In this document: positions 26,419 through 41,544 of the stretch, piece by piece
Numbering within the stretch: position 1 is the first letter of the stretch
Layout of the letters: the number at the start of each line of letters is the position of its first letter
Assembly (NCBI GenBank): GCA_036172245.1
Contig: JAYWIR010000003.1
Coordinates: forward strand, 992,001 to 1,056,000
DNA: 64,000 nucleotides
Reading direction: 5' to 3'
DNA from: Raillietiella orientalis
Lineage: Eukaryota
Made by a program: the position numbers and the translations under genes
Notes under the pieces: generated by a model
Databases searched by the model: none
Told to the model about the DNA's origin: nothing
What the model saw: the letters and a program-made list of their open reading frames with translations, nothing else

Positions 26419-27602
26419 ATGAGAATCGATATTAAAAGGTAAGAGGTCCCTTTTTCGTTTTTTGATATGTTTTAGTAATTATTGTTTCAGATTCGATATT
26501 TATAGGAAAATACCCAAAGATCTAACACAGCCTACCGTTACTGGAGCAATAGTTTCTCTATTCTGTATTCTTTTTATGACTATTCTTTTTTTGTATGAAT
26601 TCAGGCAGTTTATAACCAGAGAAATGTAACTTATTTTATATTTGAAAAAAAATTCAATTTAACAAATTTCAGTGTATCAGAAATTTATGTAAGCACATCA
26701 AATAGTGATGAAAAGATTGCAGTACGTCTAAATGTTAGCATCCTAAATATGGAATGCACATGTAATTATATTTTTAGCATTATTAAAAGTTGGTAATTTG
26801 TGATTAGACCTTGGATTAGATATTCAAGATGATCGGGGCAGACATGAAGTAGGATTTGTGGAAAATACTAATTTAATTCCCCTGGGTGAAACAGGTTGCC
26901 TATTTGAAGCCAGGTTTTACATCAATAAGTTACCAGGTGAAATGATCTTCATTTCTACTGCAAAATTTGCAACAAGATAATTTAGGAAACTTTCATCTGT
27001 CAACCCATTCAACCAAAGAGCAACCAAAAAAGTATGACTTTGCTCATCAAATTCATGAATTAACATTTGGAGATATAATAACATCTTCTCAAGTGCCAGG
27101 TAGTTTTAATGCTCTTAAAGGATGCAGCCATCTGGATAAGAATGGTGAGTTACTTCAAAGCCTAGTGTGGTGATGTTTTGCAGACTTGGTGACACATGAT
27201 TATGTCATCAAGTTAGTACCTACCATAGTAGATCATAGCAACATGCCAACACAAGTGACTTACCAGTACACATATGCTTATAAAGTGAGTATGATTACTT
27301 TGTACTGTTGGAATGTCCATTTATAGTCATATATTACTTTGAATTTAATGGGGCCCAGCATGCCAGCTCTGTGGTTTCGTTATGATCTAAATCCACTCAC
27401 AGTCCATTACAAGGAAAAGATCCAGCCACTGTATAATTTTATTACCTTGGTAATTGGGAAAGTTTGAACATAAAGGTTGTCATACTTGTTTTAGATCTGC
27501 GCTATCATTGGTGGAACATTCACGGTAGCTGGCATTGTGGATTCTTTCATCTTCACAGCATCTGGGTTGTTTCAAAAATGGGACATAGGCAAGCTGAGCT
27601 GA
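26419..27602 (+). CDS. ERGIC1: ER-Golgi intermediate compartment protein 1; exons 26419-26438, 26491-26625, 26673-26761, 26808-26936, 26986-27144, 27184-27284, 27327-27449, 27495-27602 (287 aa)
   Basis: RFDIYRKIPKDLTQPTVTGA, LGLDIQDDRGRHEVG, INKLPGNFHLSTH, THDYVIKLVPT, WFRYDLNPLTV, ICAIIGGTFTVAGIVDS, C-terminal GKLS; 7 GT-AG introns in phase. Confidence 0.96.
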
Positions 27603-30600
27603 TACCAAGATTTTTTGTTCAATTATCTGGTTTGTATTTTAAAACAAAAAAAGCCCAGCCAACAGTTTATCACTTTGAAAATTACCTTGACCCACTGAGT
27701 TTAAAACCTGATTATTGTGCATGATGTGAAAACTGATCTTTTCTTGGGTCAATAGTCAGAAAGATATAAGTTTTGTTAGCTACTTCCTGATAATATAAAT
27801 CTGTTGATGGGTATATTAGTTGTATACATACATTGATATGTATTTGTTTTTTACCAAATTGTGTGGATGAAGAGGACTGATGTATAAAACTGAATGCCTA
27901 TGTAGGGAAAAAAAAATTTGCATTTCTATAGTTGAACAAATGAGGTAGTTTGCTAAATAAATGTTACCAGCGGAATTTCTTAATCAGAAGGACGTTTTCT
28001 GAGTTTGTAACAAGTAATCGTTTTAAATATGAAATTTAAACTACTTAAATTGAATTCTTCTGAGAAATTTCGGCCAAGTTTGTGTATGAATATCGAACAA
28101 GAATGTTGTAAGCAGAAAACTAAACTGCTAATTTCAGGTACAAAGTAATAAGCATATTATAAATGTAACTATTCTAATGGTTGTAGTTCCTAAAATGTTC
28201 TCAGAGATCAATGACATCTCAGTAGACTAGCAATAATCACTGGTTACATCAAATTACTGCATGGAATTTTGTAATGTTTGACATGTCTCTGTTTATGAAT
28301 CATCCAGTTTGTTTCAATTATTATCATTTGGATTCTTTTTCTCCCCCTTCTGTGCCACGTTGCATGCAGAACTGACAAGACTGAAGTTTTTAAACAAGCA
28401 AGTTGTTTCATACATTACATGCAGTGCTGAGGAAGATTTTATTCAATTTCAAAAATTATTACCAGATAAAAACCTACATTGTTCTTGGCTTCATCATTTT
28501 TGTGTCAGTTTTGTCATAAATTTGCCGCATATGCTGGTTGAAAAGATCATTTACTGAACTCTAAATGGTGTTGGAAACATTCTATAAAAATATATGTTTT
28601 GTATTCTTTTTACAAACGTGCACCACGCATTCATGTGTGTGGGATTTTTATCATTCAACAAAAATGGTTGCTCCATAAGAAAATCAGTAATTGTTTTTTT
28701 GTGCTTTCACATGTTAGCTGGATGCGTAAATATGAGAATCTTAATAGTCTTATGTGCCATCTATGTGATAAAATCCTCTAATTGGATAAAGATTTATCTT
28801 TGGCATTGTTTTGTTCGAACAAGTACTTCCAAAGATTCTGGCTGGAATTCAGGTGTGTGGTAATAATTCTGATTAACTAGCCGAATGAAAACCTATTTAC
28901 TTGGAAATTTAAACCGAAATTAAGAAACTGAAAACTGAAACTGCAATTATGTTACATAGGGTTGCATCACAAGTGTAAATGAACAAGAAAGAGCAATCAT
29001 TTTCGATCACAAGCAAGATAAATCACTAAATAATTCTTTGATTTAATTAATAGATTGAATAGTTAAGTGAAACTACGGCAGTTGACGGAAGTGGATGTGT
29101 TGCGGAAGTCCCCCAAACTCTTAGCTTACCGTATAAGCTACGTAAAAAAGGACAATTTATCTTAGCTATTCATCCCGTAAACATTTCAAGCATTCTTATT
29201 CACCTTTGCATTTGTTGCTTATTTTTCCAATCGATTATTTTTAAATTTTGCACGTTCCTTGAATTCAATTATAGGTTGGCAAGCCTTTCTTGCATGCCAA
29301 ATATACCAGTCTCATACGTGCGCTGTTATAGCAGTTGTCGGACTTCCGCATCTTTTTAGAAACTGTGCAATCCTTAATCAGTTCAGATTCCTACAGAATT
29401 ATAATTTATTTCTTCTACTTCTCGCATGATGGGAGTTTGCATTCGTTTTCAAGATATGTTACTCTTTGTAACGTGGTGTAGTCTTTTCGTGTAAAAGAGA
29501 CAAGCATTTTCTAAACAAAATTCGACCTGTTTCATGTTTTCTTCTTTGCTGAAGGTGTTCCAATGTCACCGGTTCATTTGCACACTTCAAAACAAATGTT
29601 GAATCAATGTACGTTACCACTCGCATCTTATAGGAAAAAGCATGTCTTTTAATGAGTCTCTAATACAAAGTCTGAACGAGTATCCTGCTTCTTAAACATG
29701 CATCAGAATTCGGAGATAGTATTGAAAAAAAATTTTTTTTTTTTTTTTCTTTCATTGATGGCACTGGATGATTACCGTTCATGTGTAATTCAGTATTTCA
29801 GATTTTCGCATGGATATGTTCCTATATTAAACAATTATGATTGTTTTGACACATTCTTTATGAAGCTGTTCTCTTAAATAGATCTTTATGAACTCTTGGC
29901 GTTCATTATTTCGATTTCAATTAATTTTACTTAACTGAATTTAGTGAATCTTTGGTAATTACTTTGAAAATTATCTGAAATTCATCCTATACATATTTAC
30001 GCAAATCACTTCATTAGATTGCATGGAAATGTAAAGGAATCTTGAATTTTTGTTGAAACTCAAGAGCATCGAGTCCAGGCATACAGATTAGAAGTGTCCT
30101 TAAGACATCGAAGTTATTTGAAACCTATGGTTCTATTCTTTGAAGTTACTCTTTTTTTTTTTTGATCCTTCTATCTATCATTTTTAAGTCTTTAAATAAG
30201 GATGATGGTTTGTTACAGTCGAGTGTCAGATTCAAAATTATTTTGTATATGCTTCTCGCAAACAGTATGTAACATGTAATGCCTTTTCTCTGGCTTATGA
30301 AATTATTGTCGTGGAAATTATATTATAAAGAAATAAAAATAAAGATAAATTAATTGTAATCTGTAGTTGGAAATAGATAAATTGAAAAGTGATATGAGGA
30401 CTCGGTATTCAAAAAGTGCTGCAAATAATAGATCACTCCTCTTTGATTTTTTTTTATCCAAAGGAACCAAAGTTATCTTGCCATATCGTCAGAAATTGTT
30501 CCTTAACAGAAATTCATATGTTGTTCTGTACTTCTCATGGAACTGTTAACCTTGTTCCAACTTCATTTACTTTTTTAAGTAAATATATGACTGTGCACTA

Positions 30601-31159
30601 TCATGAATTACTGCTAAAAGTGTACAACCCTGAAGGTACGTTCAGAGATATTTTCATCTTCCGCACATTCGTTAATGGGCACACTGAAGTTTTGGCTGCT
30701 GCGGAGGCGCGCGGTGTTGAGCTGTAGTGAGGGACGCGAGAGTCGCATATCGGGGTGAACAAGGTGGAAACGTACTCGTTTCGATTCGCAAGTAAACACC
30801 TAGCGCGGATTGCTTTCAAAATGCATTTTAAGCCCACAGATCCTTTAAAATCACGGTATTTCTGATTATTTGACTTCGCGCTTCTCCCGTAGTGGTATAA
30901 AATTTCTTTGACCAAAATCATCACGTACCCGTACATGATTGTTCATGTTTAATCGTTTGAAAGTCTTAGCCCGTAGCCTTGCAAAATTACATGTAATCTA
31001 AATTTGTAGTAATGCTTTTGTATTTGCAAGTTATGATCGAGCTGTAAGGGGTTAACAGTGTATTTAAAGCATTTTGTAAACAGGCAGCATACAAATGTAA
31101 AGTGAATGCCTAACAACAGAAAAAAAATACAAGTTTCATTTGGATGATATCAGCTTGAA

Positions 31160-32040
31160 ATGGCCCTGTATAGCGTGATGCATAAATTGCATAGACTGGC
31201 TGTTTCAGGTGGACATTCTCATCTAAATGCATTGGAACTTCCACAGAGTCTGTTGTAAGGCATATGATTCTCTTATTGCAAATGTTTGTGTTTGTTTAGT
31301 ATTCAGCCTGCAGCAGCTTTTGTACCATCTTTAGTTTTATGGGGTTCAAGAGTTAAAGAGACAAATGTGCCACCTCCTCCAAGTTTTCCTCGTAATGCAT
31401 ATTTGTGGTATTTTGTGCGTGAAAGCCAAAAACTGCGACTGCTTCCTGAGTATGCTAACTTACCATATAAGGGTGAGGCATATTGAACAGATTAGCTCAT
31501 ATTTGCTCAGAGTTTGTAAGCAAGTTAGCTGAGTCTTGGCAAAGATTAGATGAAACTACTAAAACTGAATATATAAGAAAGTTTCAGGAAGCACTCCAAG
31601 AATTTCAAAGACAAAAATGTGCTTATGAGGCAACATTAACCCCAGAAATGAAAGAGAAGCTTTCCATGGAAAAGAAAGAGAAGAAGAGGTTGGCTAAACT
31701 CCGGCAAGAGAAGAAAGTATTGTATAGCTTATAAGTTTTCGATAACTATTTTGTTTAGGAATTAAGAGCTTTAGGGAAACCCAAAAGGCCTGTAAATGCT
31801 TTTGGATTATATGTTAAAGATCATATGGGTGAAAGAGGAGATGTTTCAGTGTGTGATTTCATTCAACACTTAGCTTCCCAGTGGAATCAGCTTCATGATT
31901 CTGAACGAGAACATTATGTTGCAAAAAGTCACGAGGCTAAACTTTCATATCAGCAGGAAATGCATGAATGGATTTTGGCTCTTGAAGCACAGGGTAAAGA
32001 CCACTTAGCAGCACCCTTTGTTAAGGAAAAAAAGCAATAA
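31160..32040 (+). CDS. TFAM: Mitochondrial transcription factor A-like (two HMG boxes); exons 31160-31254, 31300-31472, 31511-31716, 31759-32040 (251 aa)
   Basis: PPPSFPRNAYLWY..KLAESWQRLD..KTEY; linker YEATLTPE; ELRALGKPKRPVNAFGLYV..WNQL..YQQEMHEW..GKDHL; N-terminal extension consistent with a presequence. Confidence 0.88.
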
Positions 32041-32049
32041 ACGATCTAT

Positions 32050-33324
<1,275 letters not shown>

Positions 33325-35099
33325 TGTGACCTGGTGAGTAATTCCTTAACAGAAAAAATATTCCGAGAAAACTGAGTGCACTGATCTTGATTAAAGCATT
33401 CTAACATAAATGAAAATGAACTAGGTTATACAGAAAAAACTGTTATACAGAGATTGAGAACATAGTTAAAAATACACTAACACGTAGTTGATTACTTAAT
33501 AATAATAATAAAAAAAAAATCCGTTCGTTCAGACACACCATAAATGCACACACCTCAAAGAAACATTCCAAGTGCATATTCCTTTAAAATATTTAAACCC
33601 GCCAATCACATTTAAAAATCCAGGATTACCACACTCTTAAGCAGCAGCTTGGGAAAATTCAAACCTGTGCATCAAAACTCTATATTTTCACCCTATTTCT
33701 CTGAATGTTCTTCAAATAGAGTTTTCTCTAAGAGGAATCTACGATTTCGAACGAAGGTCTTGAATTTTCCCATAAAATAGGATAAATTATTCTATGTGGA
33801 GATTCGTGAAGCTGACTGCATTTCGTAAGAAATGCACCTTGAAAGAAGTTCTTGATAAAACACAAATTTCACCAATCCTTTGAATAAGGTAGTAGACTAT
33901 GCAAAAAGAAAATTCATATCTACGACACATATAATTGCATATATAACTATACAAATTACTTTTATCTATTTTGTAGAGTTTTTTGGATACATAAAACATT
34001 AGATTTAAGTTGCTGTTTTGTTCTCATTTGCGTCAATGCATGGCTTATTTTCATCCTAATTACTTTTCTCAAATCATCAAACAAAAAGTTCAGGAGAAAG
34101 AAGGATAATTAGTAGGTATGCCATTATGTTATTGGAATGTACCTAATAATTTATAGCGTAAAAGGAAAGGAAATGGATTTTGCAAACAGTTTAAAACTTT
34201 TTATCCAAACTTCAAAACACTTAAAATCTCTTTATTGAGGCTCATCTCAGAAACTAAATGAGAACTAAGATTGCTTCTGTTATGTTGTGTTCTTCTTTAA
34301 AAGCTTTAACAGTTTCGAATGGCGAGTCTTGTTGCCTAGGAAGTACGCTCTGATGTTACAGTCAAATCCATCTTTGCCCAAAAAGTTTCTTGTTTGCCAA
34401 ATACATGAGCTTGTCATTATGATGAAAAGTTTATTTTCAAAATTATGTGCATTTTATCACTCTAGTGTTTAAAATTCAAAGTGACCAAATTAGCGTATGA
34501 CAAAGTTGAAATGAAATCGTACTATTCTGTACTTTGGTCTCGTGAGATTTCATTCTGCTCCTCGATCCAGCCATCAATCAATGCCAAGATTACATTTTCC
34601 TTTGAAATTTCGCCTTCCAATAGCATTAATGGATCGATGATTCTGCATTGCCTTAAATCTATTCTGAAATTCAGATGAGTGAATTAGAATACTACCAGAC
34701 AGATCTGCCATGTATCCACTCCTGTATGAGCTCGAATCCTCGGGAGTTTCGCTTAAGCAAAGCTTGATTTGCCTTGATACTATAGAACTTGTTGCTAAGA
34801 TTGAATCAGAAATAAAGTTTGCTCACAAATCATAGGCATTTCCAAAGAGGGTGGGTATATAAATCTTCCTTTGCATGTGGGTAGGAAGAAGAAAACCTTG
34901 TCCTTATTGGAAAAGTCTATGCTGAGTCCTTTTTTCAAAAAAAATTAAGATACAATAAAATACAAAATAGAGAGTTAGGTTGCGACGACTAAGGTATTCC
35001 TTGGTTAACTTTGACATGCAGATATTTTCTTCTCTCCTCTATCGAACACTTCGTTTGTCACTTTCCCGATCTCTTCTCTTTCCGTCTTTTTTTTTTTAC

Positions 35100-36600
35100 G
35101 AACTGAAGAGGCAACTGCAAAGAGACTGAAGCCAGGACACGCCGAGCCTTTCATTGACCCGTTCGGTCTTGACTTTAGGTGATGGATCTGCCTTTGCTTG
35201 CCTTCTTTCCTGTACTCTCAAGGCTGAACTAGAAAGAATTGTGGCAGTGGTGGCGGTTGCCTGGCACCTCCAGTTCTCCAGACCGTTACAGTTTCTTCCT
35301 CTGTCGACGCTTGTATGAAAACTCAGTGAATCCCTGGAAAGTGGTGGCTGTGGAAGAATGGATCCGATCCCTCGCGACGACTTTTCGCTTTTTCAAGAGA
35401 TCCGTTACGTTTGCGCCTGTCCTCCTTTCGCATGCATGCATCCCACATGCTGCAAGGAAATCCCGTTCGCAAACCACCGTCCACCATCAGCTGTATGGAC
35501 GAAGAAACTGTTGTTTTTTTCTTGAATTCCCCGTCTGGCATCTTCCAGTTTCCGAAAAGTCCCCTTCGGACACCGACAGCCAGAGATCTTCCTCTTCTCT
35601 TCTTCCTCACCCAGTGCTGCCTCCCAGTCCAATATGCATATGAGAAAATACCTTCTTCCCACTAACAGATGCTTCCTGCAGGGAAAAGTTTGCAGTTTCC
35701 ACAAAAAGGATTGTGCAGAAGATTGTAAGTGGACCAGGAAGCGCTTAGCCGTTTAGCCGGTCCTCTCAAGCCTGAGGAAGGTGCACCAGGAGCGATGTAG
35801 CTCGAAACTCCTTCCCGTCGCCTTTCCTCATCCCCATCCTTCCCTTTTCCTCTAAGTTCCCATCCCCTTCTTACTCCCTGCAGTGCAAGCCGAGCACTCT
35901 TCCAGCCTTTTCTGGAAGTCCGGATATCCTTCCCCCGATGAGAATTCAAGGTACTAAAGAGGGAGGGAGTACCGTAGAAGCTCGCAAATCACGATCCTCT
36001 CCCGCCTCCGACTTACTGCTCGGGAGGAGACTCGGGAGGAGCGGGTGAGACTTGTTCGAGGGTTTTTCCTTTACCGCAGGCTTCCTCCTCTGCCGTTTCC
36101 GGCTCTTTCGCGTACCCCTACCTTCCCCGACACGCTTCCTGGAGTGCTCGGGTTCCCGTAAGCCTCGTCCGGGATCTCCTGGAAGACAGGGAGACATCTG
36201 CCTCTTCCATCCATGGGGGAGAGGAGGAAGAGAGAAGCGGGATTCACAGCCAGCGCCTTCTGGGATGAGTATTCCCGAGGGGCCCCTCCTCTACCCCAAG
36301 GGATCTTGCGCGGAACGCAGAGCAGGTAAGAATGGTAACGTCCGCAGCCTGAAGACCCGTGAAAGAGCGACCTGATCTCCATCCGAGAGACAGAGGGTAC
36401 CCACCCTCAGCTCCCATGACGTCCAGACACGGCGAGTTTCCAACCTCTCTCTCCCCCTCCCTCTCATCCCGTTCTCCGCCGGCTCTCCTTGTGGGAAGAG
36501 GACGCGACGAGGGCGGCAGGCCTGCGCACCGTCTCCCCCTTCGCCAGCCGAAAGCAGCGCCAAGGGAGAGGGGCGTTCTGCCACCATCCTGCAATCTGAT
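35100..36600 (-). mobile_element. Degenerate LINE ORF2 relic; inverted homolog of 36800-38300
   Basis: Reverse complement aligns patchily to the + strand relic on the right (coordinate sums about 73340-73400, e.g. 36110-36165 vs 37177-37234 and 35945-36000 vs 37343-37398). Confidence 0.5.
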
Positions 36601-36799
36601 CGACTCTGGAGAAGGAGGAGAGGAGTCTCCATCCATCGTCTTCGATCCACGGCAGGATCTTGACCTGGGAACATGTGGGGCACGGCTTGGCGTATCTCTC
36701 CCTCCTCCTCCATCATCAGCCACTTTGCACTTCCTCTACTCATGCGGAGGTAAAAAATTCCCAAACCTGGGCATGTAACCCTCCGGAAATCACCCCTAG

Positions 36800-38600
36800 G
36801 GAGAGTCATGGAAACTGTTTCCACTGCAGAGAGTTGCGTTCTCTCGAGGAAGGAGGCAGAGACGGCGCAGTACTGTGTGTGGAAGGGACCCATGATGTGT
36901 GGAAGGCAGTCACCGGGAATAGCTCTCCGCCTAGCAGCCACCGGGCCAGGGAAGCGGGAAACAAGCGAAGGTTCTCTTCCCATGCCTCTCCTTCCATTGG
37001 GAAGTAGGTGAGGACCATTCCGTTTTTCCCACCGTTGTCCTTTTGCTCACCCTCATTCTGATCCTGCTGAATCCCAGCGCGCTTCGGTGGCACTGAGAGG
37101 CACCAAGGCACGCCCTCGAAGTCAGAGGTCAGCCCGAAGCCTGAGCAGGAAAAGTCGAGTCGAGGGACCTTCGCAGCAGAGTAGGGAAACCGGGCGATTG
37201 AGGAAGCTCGGGTGATCGGGGGTGGATGCACGCTGCTGGCCTCCTGTGGCGAGTTCCTCAAGGGAACGGCGCTCCCTTCTCCCCGTCGCCGTAGTTCATC
37301 CTCCTCAGCCAGCGACTTCGAAGAAAGGGAAGGAGGATAGAAGGGAATGGGTCGTCCGGCTCACTTCCGCCTTCCTTCCCTCCCTTTGGTCCTCATTCTT
37401 GCTTCCTTCCTCCCCTTCTCTCTAGGGGATCGCTCCATCCCGTGCTTTGGTTTGCCCAGGACCTGCGAGCGAATTCGCGGAGGGCGTCCCGTCGAGGGAG
37501 CAAACCGGATCTTCTGAAGGAAACGAGAGAAAAAAGGAGGAGGAGAGCGAGAGATCACCTTGGTCACGTCTCAGGGGAGGACCTACTGTCTCGAGCGACG
37601 GGAGCCGTTCGAGTTCGCGGCTCCGGAAGCAGAGCCTCCGACCTACCCGACGACGATAATATCAGGGAGTCCACCAGGTCTACCGACGCAGAGGTCTCCT
37701 CCCTATGGGTACTTTGCAGGATGCAAAACAGCCGTAAAGCGAGCAAGCTGCATCCGAGAGACGCACAGGGATGATTTACCACCTCAGTGCCTCCCGTCTT
37801 CAGGATGGAACTTTCCTTCTTGACGAGATAGGAAGGAGCGCGTGGAAACTGAGATGGTCCTAAGCGACTCTCACCCATTCAGCCTCCGTGCTCTTCGAGG
37901 ATCCATGGATGCGTTCTTGATGGTTATTGGGCGCCAGAGCCTCTTTTCAAAGAGGCCACAACTTGCCGCTTCCCGTTTCCTCCCACGGTAAGTCCATTAC
38001 TTTGACGGCCTATCATCTACCTCCACCTTTTTGCGAAGTGCGGATTCAAGAAACAGAGGCAACAACAAAACGGTGGTACCTCCACTCCAAGCTGTTGGAT
38101 CGCGGCGCCTCGAGCAGACGTGCTCCTGAACCTTAAACCGCCACCTGAAAAGTTTCTTCCGTCTCGTCCTGGTACAGGAAAGGCTTCTGGTCATTCCTGC
38201 TTCGATAGTTCGGCACCACCGACTGATGCGGGCGGGGTTGGGATGAGCGTCAACCACTCGGCACGCGCGCTCAGAGGAACGTTGTGGAACCGGAGAACAG
38301 AAGCAGCAAGAAAAGAACGTCCCTGGGTATCGGAAAAACGAGGGCAGGGGGGCGGGAGGCACGCCGATCCCTACGTATTGTTTGTGTCGCTTTCCCGTTT
38401 GTGGAAGACACCTGCCCCACGTTGCGAAGTCCGCCAAAGGGAAGAAAGAATGAAAAGCGCGAGCGACGCTTCTGTCGGAGACACGACTGATTGCGTGACA
38501 CATTCCCGAACGACCTCAAGGAGCTCCCAGGTCTGTGAACTCCTGAAGGGAGCAACTAGAAATCCTAGTAGGGACGCTGTCTGATCCAGGCATGATTTCA
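36800..38600 (+). mobile_element. Degenerate LINE ORF2 relic (endonuclease, linker, start of RT)
   Basis: ORF 38120-38584: SAPPTDAGGVGMSVNH..LWNR..PW..DPYVLFVSLSRLWKT..GDTTDC resembles SAPGPDGI..MLKH..LFN..WK..YRPISL..K..STTD; upstream GRPAHF..LVLILAS resembles PTxF..IDLTLxS. Confidence 0.5.
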
Positions 38601-38705
38601 ACCACGTGTTGTTGACAAGAATGGCGGAAGGAAGCGTTCGAATACGCCGCCTGTTAAGGACATCAATCAGAGTAGGGGAGACTAAGTAGGAAAACGCTTG
38701 ACAAT

Positions 38706-38776
38706 ACACACACACACACACACACACATGTATATGAAAATATATGTATGTATGTATGTGTGTGTGTGTATACACA
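38706..38776. repeat. (CA)n/(TATG)n/(TG)n microsatellite
   Basis: Visible directly. Confidence 0.9.
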
Positions 38777-39099
38777 TATAAACATGCATCCCCTCTGACA
38801 ATTTCTTTATTTGGCTCATGTAAAACTGGGTTTAAATAAGACTTCCACGCACTGGGATTCCTTGCGGGCTGCTGCAGTCTCGGCTCTCACAGTAAACCTG
38901 GAAACATACAGTGCATTTAGTTTTCGCAGGTGTTTTTCGAAAGAAAATAAAATGCATTGCTGTTTTTTTTTTTAAAAAAAGAACAAAGGTGCATTTCACA
39001 AACCGAGAGGAGTGTAAGAGTTAAGGTGAGTAAACAGACAGCACCGTATGGGAGCTAGAAGTTCGTATTCCTGTAACCTCGAACTGAGCCCATCAAACA

Positions 39100-39900
39100 T
39101 TTCCGGGAACCAGACGGCTAGAAATCGCCAAACGCTCGCAGGCTAAGCTGGAAGTCGCGAGCGCGCCCTCCGCACACGGTGGCAGTTGGTCTCTTTCGTA
39201 CCACTTCGGTGCTGAAGGTTTTCGTACTGGGGGCAAATGGTTTCTTGCGATCGTCTCCCGCCTCACATTCCGTAACCGGGAGAGCTGGGAAGCCCCCCCC
39301 CCCCCCCAAATCTCCCGCCGATCCGCGGAACACAGGAAAAGAAAAAACCAACAACTCAAACCGATGATGTCAACAAACCCTTCGCAGAGACGCCGGTCTC
39401 GCTGGGGGGAACTACCGCAGGGGGACGTTTCTGAAGAAACGAAAGCAAAAGTTTTTTTCCCTTCTTCAGAGGTGGAAACAGCGGGAAGCAGGATTGGTGG
39501 ATGAGAAAAACGCTAAAGAGGGAGGAGGAGAAGAGTGAGAGGATGACGCTGGGGAGGGTAAGGCGTCGAAAGATCTGCTAACGTATGTCCGCGCCTCATA
39601 CGAGTCAAGTACTCCGGCCAACGCTCGGGAAACATCCGAAGATGGGGTGCGAGGGGAGGGAGGGAACAAGTGTTCCCCTGCCCCTCCCTCCCCTTCCTCC
39701 CCCGGGTTTCACGAATTCGCCCAGGATGCGCTCGCCAAACTCGTGGATCACGTGATTCGAGAAGGCACGTTTTGCGTTCGTCCCTGCGGGCGTCGTTCCG
39801 ATTTCCCGAAGGAGGGAACGAGCCCTCGCACCAGCGAAGGGAAAGTGCGGATGACGGCGGCGCATTGGGGGGGGCGTTCGTTTCCGTTGGGAAGCAGATC
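39100..39900 (+). mobile_element. Degenerate LINE RT relic
   Basis: WQLVSFVPL (cf. WKxxxIVPL), YVRASYES (cf. DxxKAYDS), LVDHVIREGTFCVR..RS (cf. IxSFLxxRxFxVR). Confidence 0.3.
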
Positions 39901-39945
39901 TTGGAGGTTGCGGAGGCAGGGAAGGGTTGGACGCATTGATATCAT

Positions 39946-41442
39946 TCACTCCCACAAATGAATACCTAAGCAAACCAGAAGAAGATATTCCAACAGGAAG
40001 TACAGCAAGTACATCAAGACGAGCAGAACAAACTGCACCTGCAAAGGAAAAGGCAGTGGTCGTCTCTCCGGAATGTTCCTCCTCCTTCGAACTTACGTGA
40101 TTCAGGAGCGGACTGCTCGGAATCTGCGTGGAAACCGCGGTCGTGGATGAGGTCGACTGGGTCGAGAGGGTAACGTTGCACGAAGAGGAGTCTGTTTCCT
40201 CCTCGGGGATAGAGACCGTCACATCCACCACGGTTACGTCCGTCTCCAGGCTGGTGGGGCTTTCTGTGACCTCGGAGGAGGCTTCGGTGAGCTCCAGCGT
40301 AGAGTCCGCAGCCACGCCATCCGTGGAGGCGGCGGTCTGCTTGGTCGCGGCGGCTTCCTCCTCCAAGGAAGAAGCCACCGCCGTGCCCAGACCCGTCAGC
40401 GAGTCAGAGGAAGGGATTTTCGTAGCCGCCGGAACCCGGGACACCGTCGTGGGGGTCGCGGACCCGACGTCCTCGGTCTTGTAGTTGTGGGAAGGACCCC
40501 CCGTTTCATTTGTCTTCGAAGTGATCTTCTCCGTGCTGGGGACGCTCCTCTGGGAGTCCGGCGTCTCGAAGACCGTGAGGGGCAGGTTCTCCGAACTCGT
40601 GCCGAGACCCTTCCTATCGATTTCTTGGTCGGTGGAGGATTCCGTCGTTTCTTCCGCTCGCTCTGGTGTGAGAGGATCCTGTTGTCTGGGGTAGAACGGA
40701 TGCTGCGGATCGCTTCTCCACTTCCCCATCAGTGGTGAGGGCTTGGGCTCAGTCTGCAGCTGCCGCTGCTCCGGAGAGGGCTGTTGGATGGTCGGCAAGA
40801 AATCGGAGAGGGTTTCCGAGTAAAACTTGCGCTCCTTGGTCACCCCGTGCCCCTCGAGCGTGTCGTTGGCACGGCTGGCATCCTCGACGGAGTGCGCTTC
40901 CAGCTTCCGGAGGGTAGTGGAGTTGGAACCAGCCTCCACGGGAGATCCGCCCGCCCTTCTCGGCAGGATGCTACTTTCCTTCCTCCTTGAGGATCGACCC
41001 GGAGATTTCGCGGACTCTCTGGGCGTAACATCGCTTTGGTTCGCGTTCTTCCTGGAATCGGAGGTTCCGGTTCCCTCCAGCGTCCCAGGGAGATATCCCT
41101 CCTTGGAGGTGGAAGGAACCTTTCTTTCTGGGTCCGCCAAAGACCTGAGAAGTTTGTTCCACGCCAGCTGAACCTGAGGGACGGGAGTCGGCGAGTTCTT
41201 GTCCTCCGTCGAGGCTGAGGAGGCGCTCTTCTCTCTCGTTCCGGGAGGCGGAGGTCGCCTCGGGGGCCTCCCCCTCGCCGACGCACCCTCCCAGTTCGCG
41301 TCCGAATGGAACAGTTCCGTGGATTCTGGGTCTCCTCCAATGCCTGCCGGCGTGAAACTTCGAGTCATCTTCATCTTGCTTGCCTTCTTCGTGGCGTGCG
41401 TGATCCCCGCAGCATCTCCTCTGAATCCCGTGTGAAGGTGTG
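39946..41442 (-). CDS. Mucin-like Ser/Thr/Glu/Pro-rich protein with hydrophobic C-terminus; last two exons 40097-41442 and 39946-40038; 5' exons not resolved
   Basis: About 1.35 kb stop-free low-complexity frame; strong donor CAC|GTAAGT at 40096 and acceptor ccttttcctttgcag at 40039 give in-frame VQFVLLVLMYLLYFLLEYLLLVCLGIHLWE-stop. Confidence 0.65.
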
Positions 41443-41544
41443 CTGATGTGAGAAAACAACGTGATTACTTATTTGTTTATTTTTTTTTTTCGTTTTTTCC
41501 GCCCGTGGGATCGTGGTTTCGCCCTCAGGCAACCCTCTCCGAAC

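Noticed and set aside
29085..29355. 11-bp inverted repeat tgcggaagtcc/ggacttccgca as MITE ends
   Set aside because: Short, no TSD; may be ETS-type sites or chance.
30650..30900. GC-rich patch as a structured ncRNA
   Set aside because: No family motifs; position fits a CpG-rich promoter upstream of TFAM.
35100..38200. piggyBac-like fragments (LWVLC, TTKRWY)
   Set aside because: Better explained as LINE ORF2 relics with collinear RT-start motifs.
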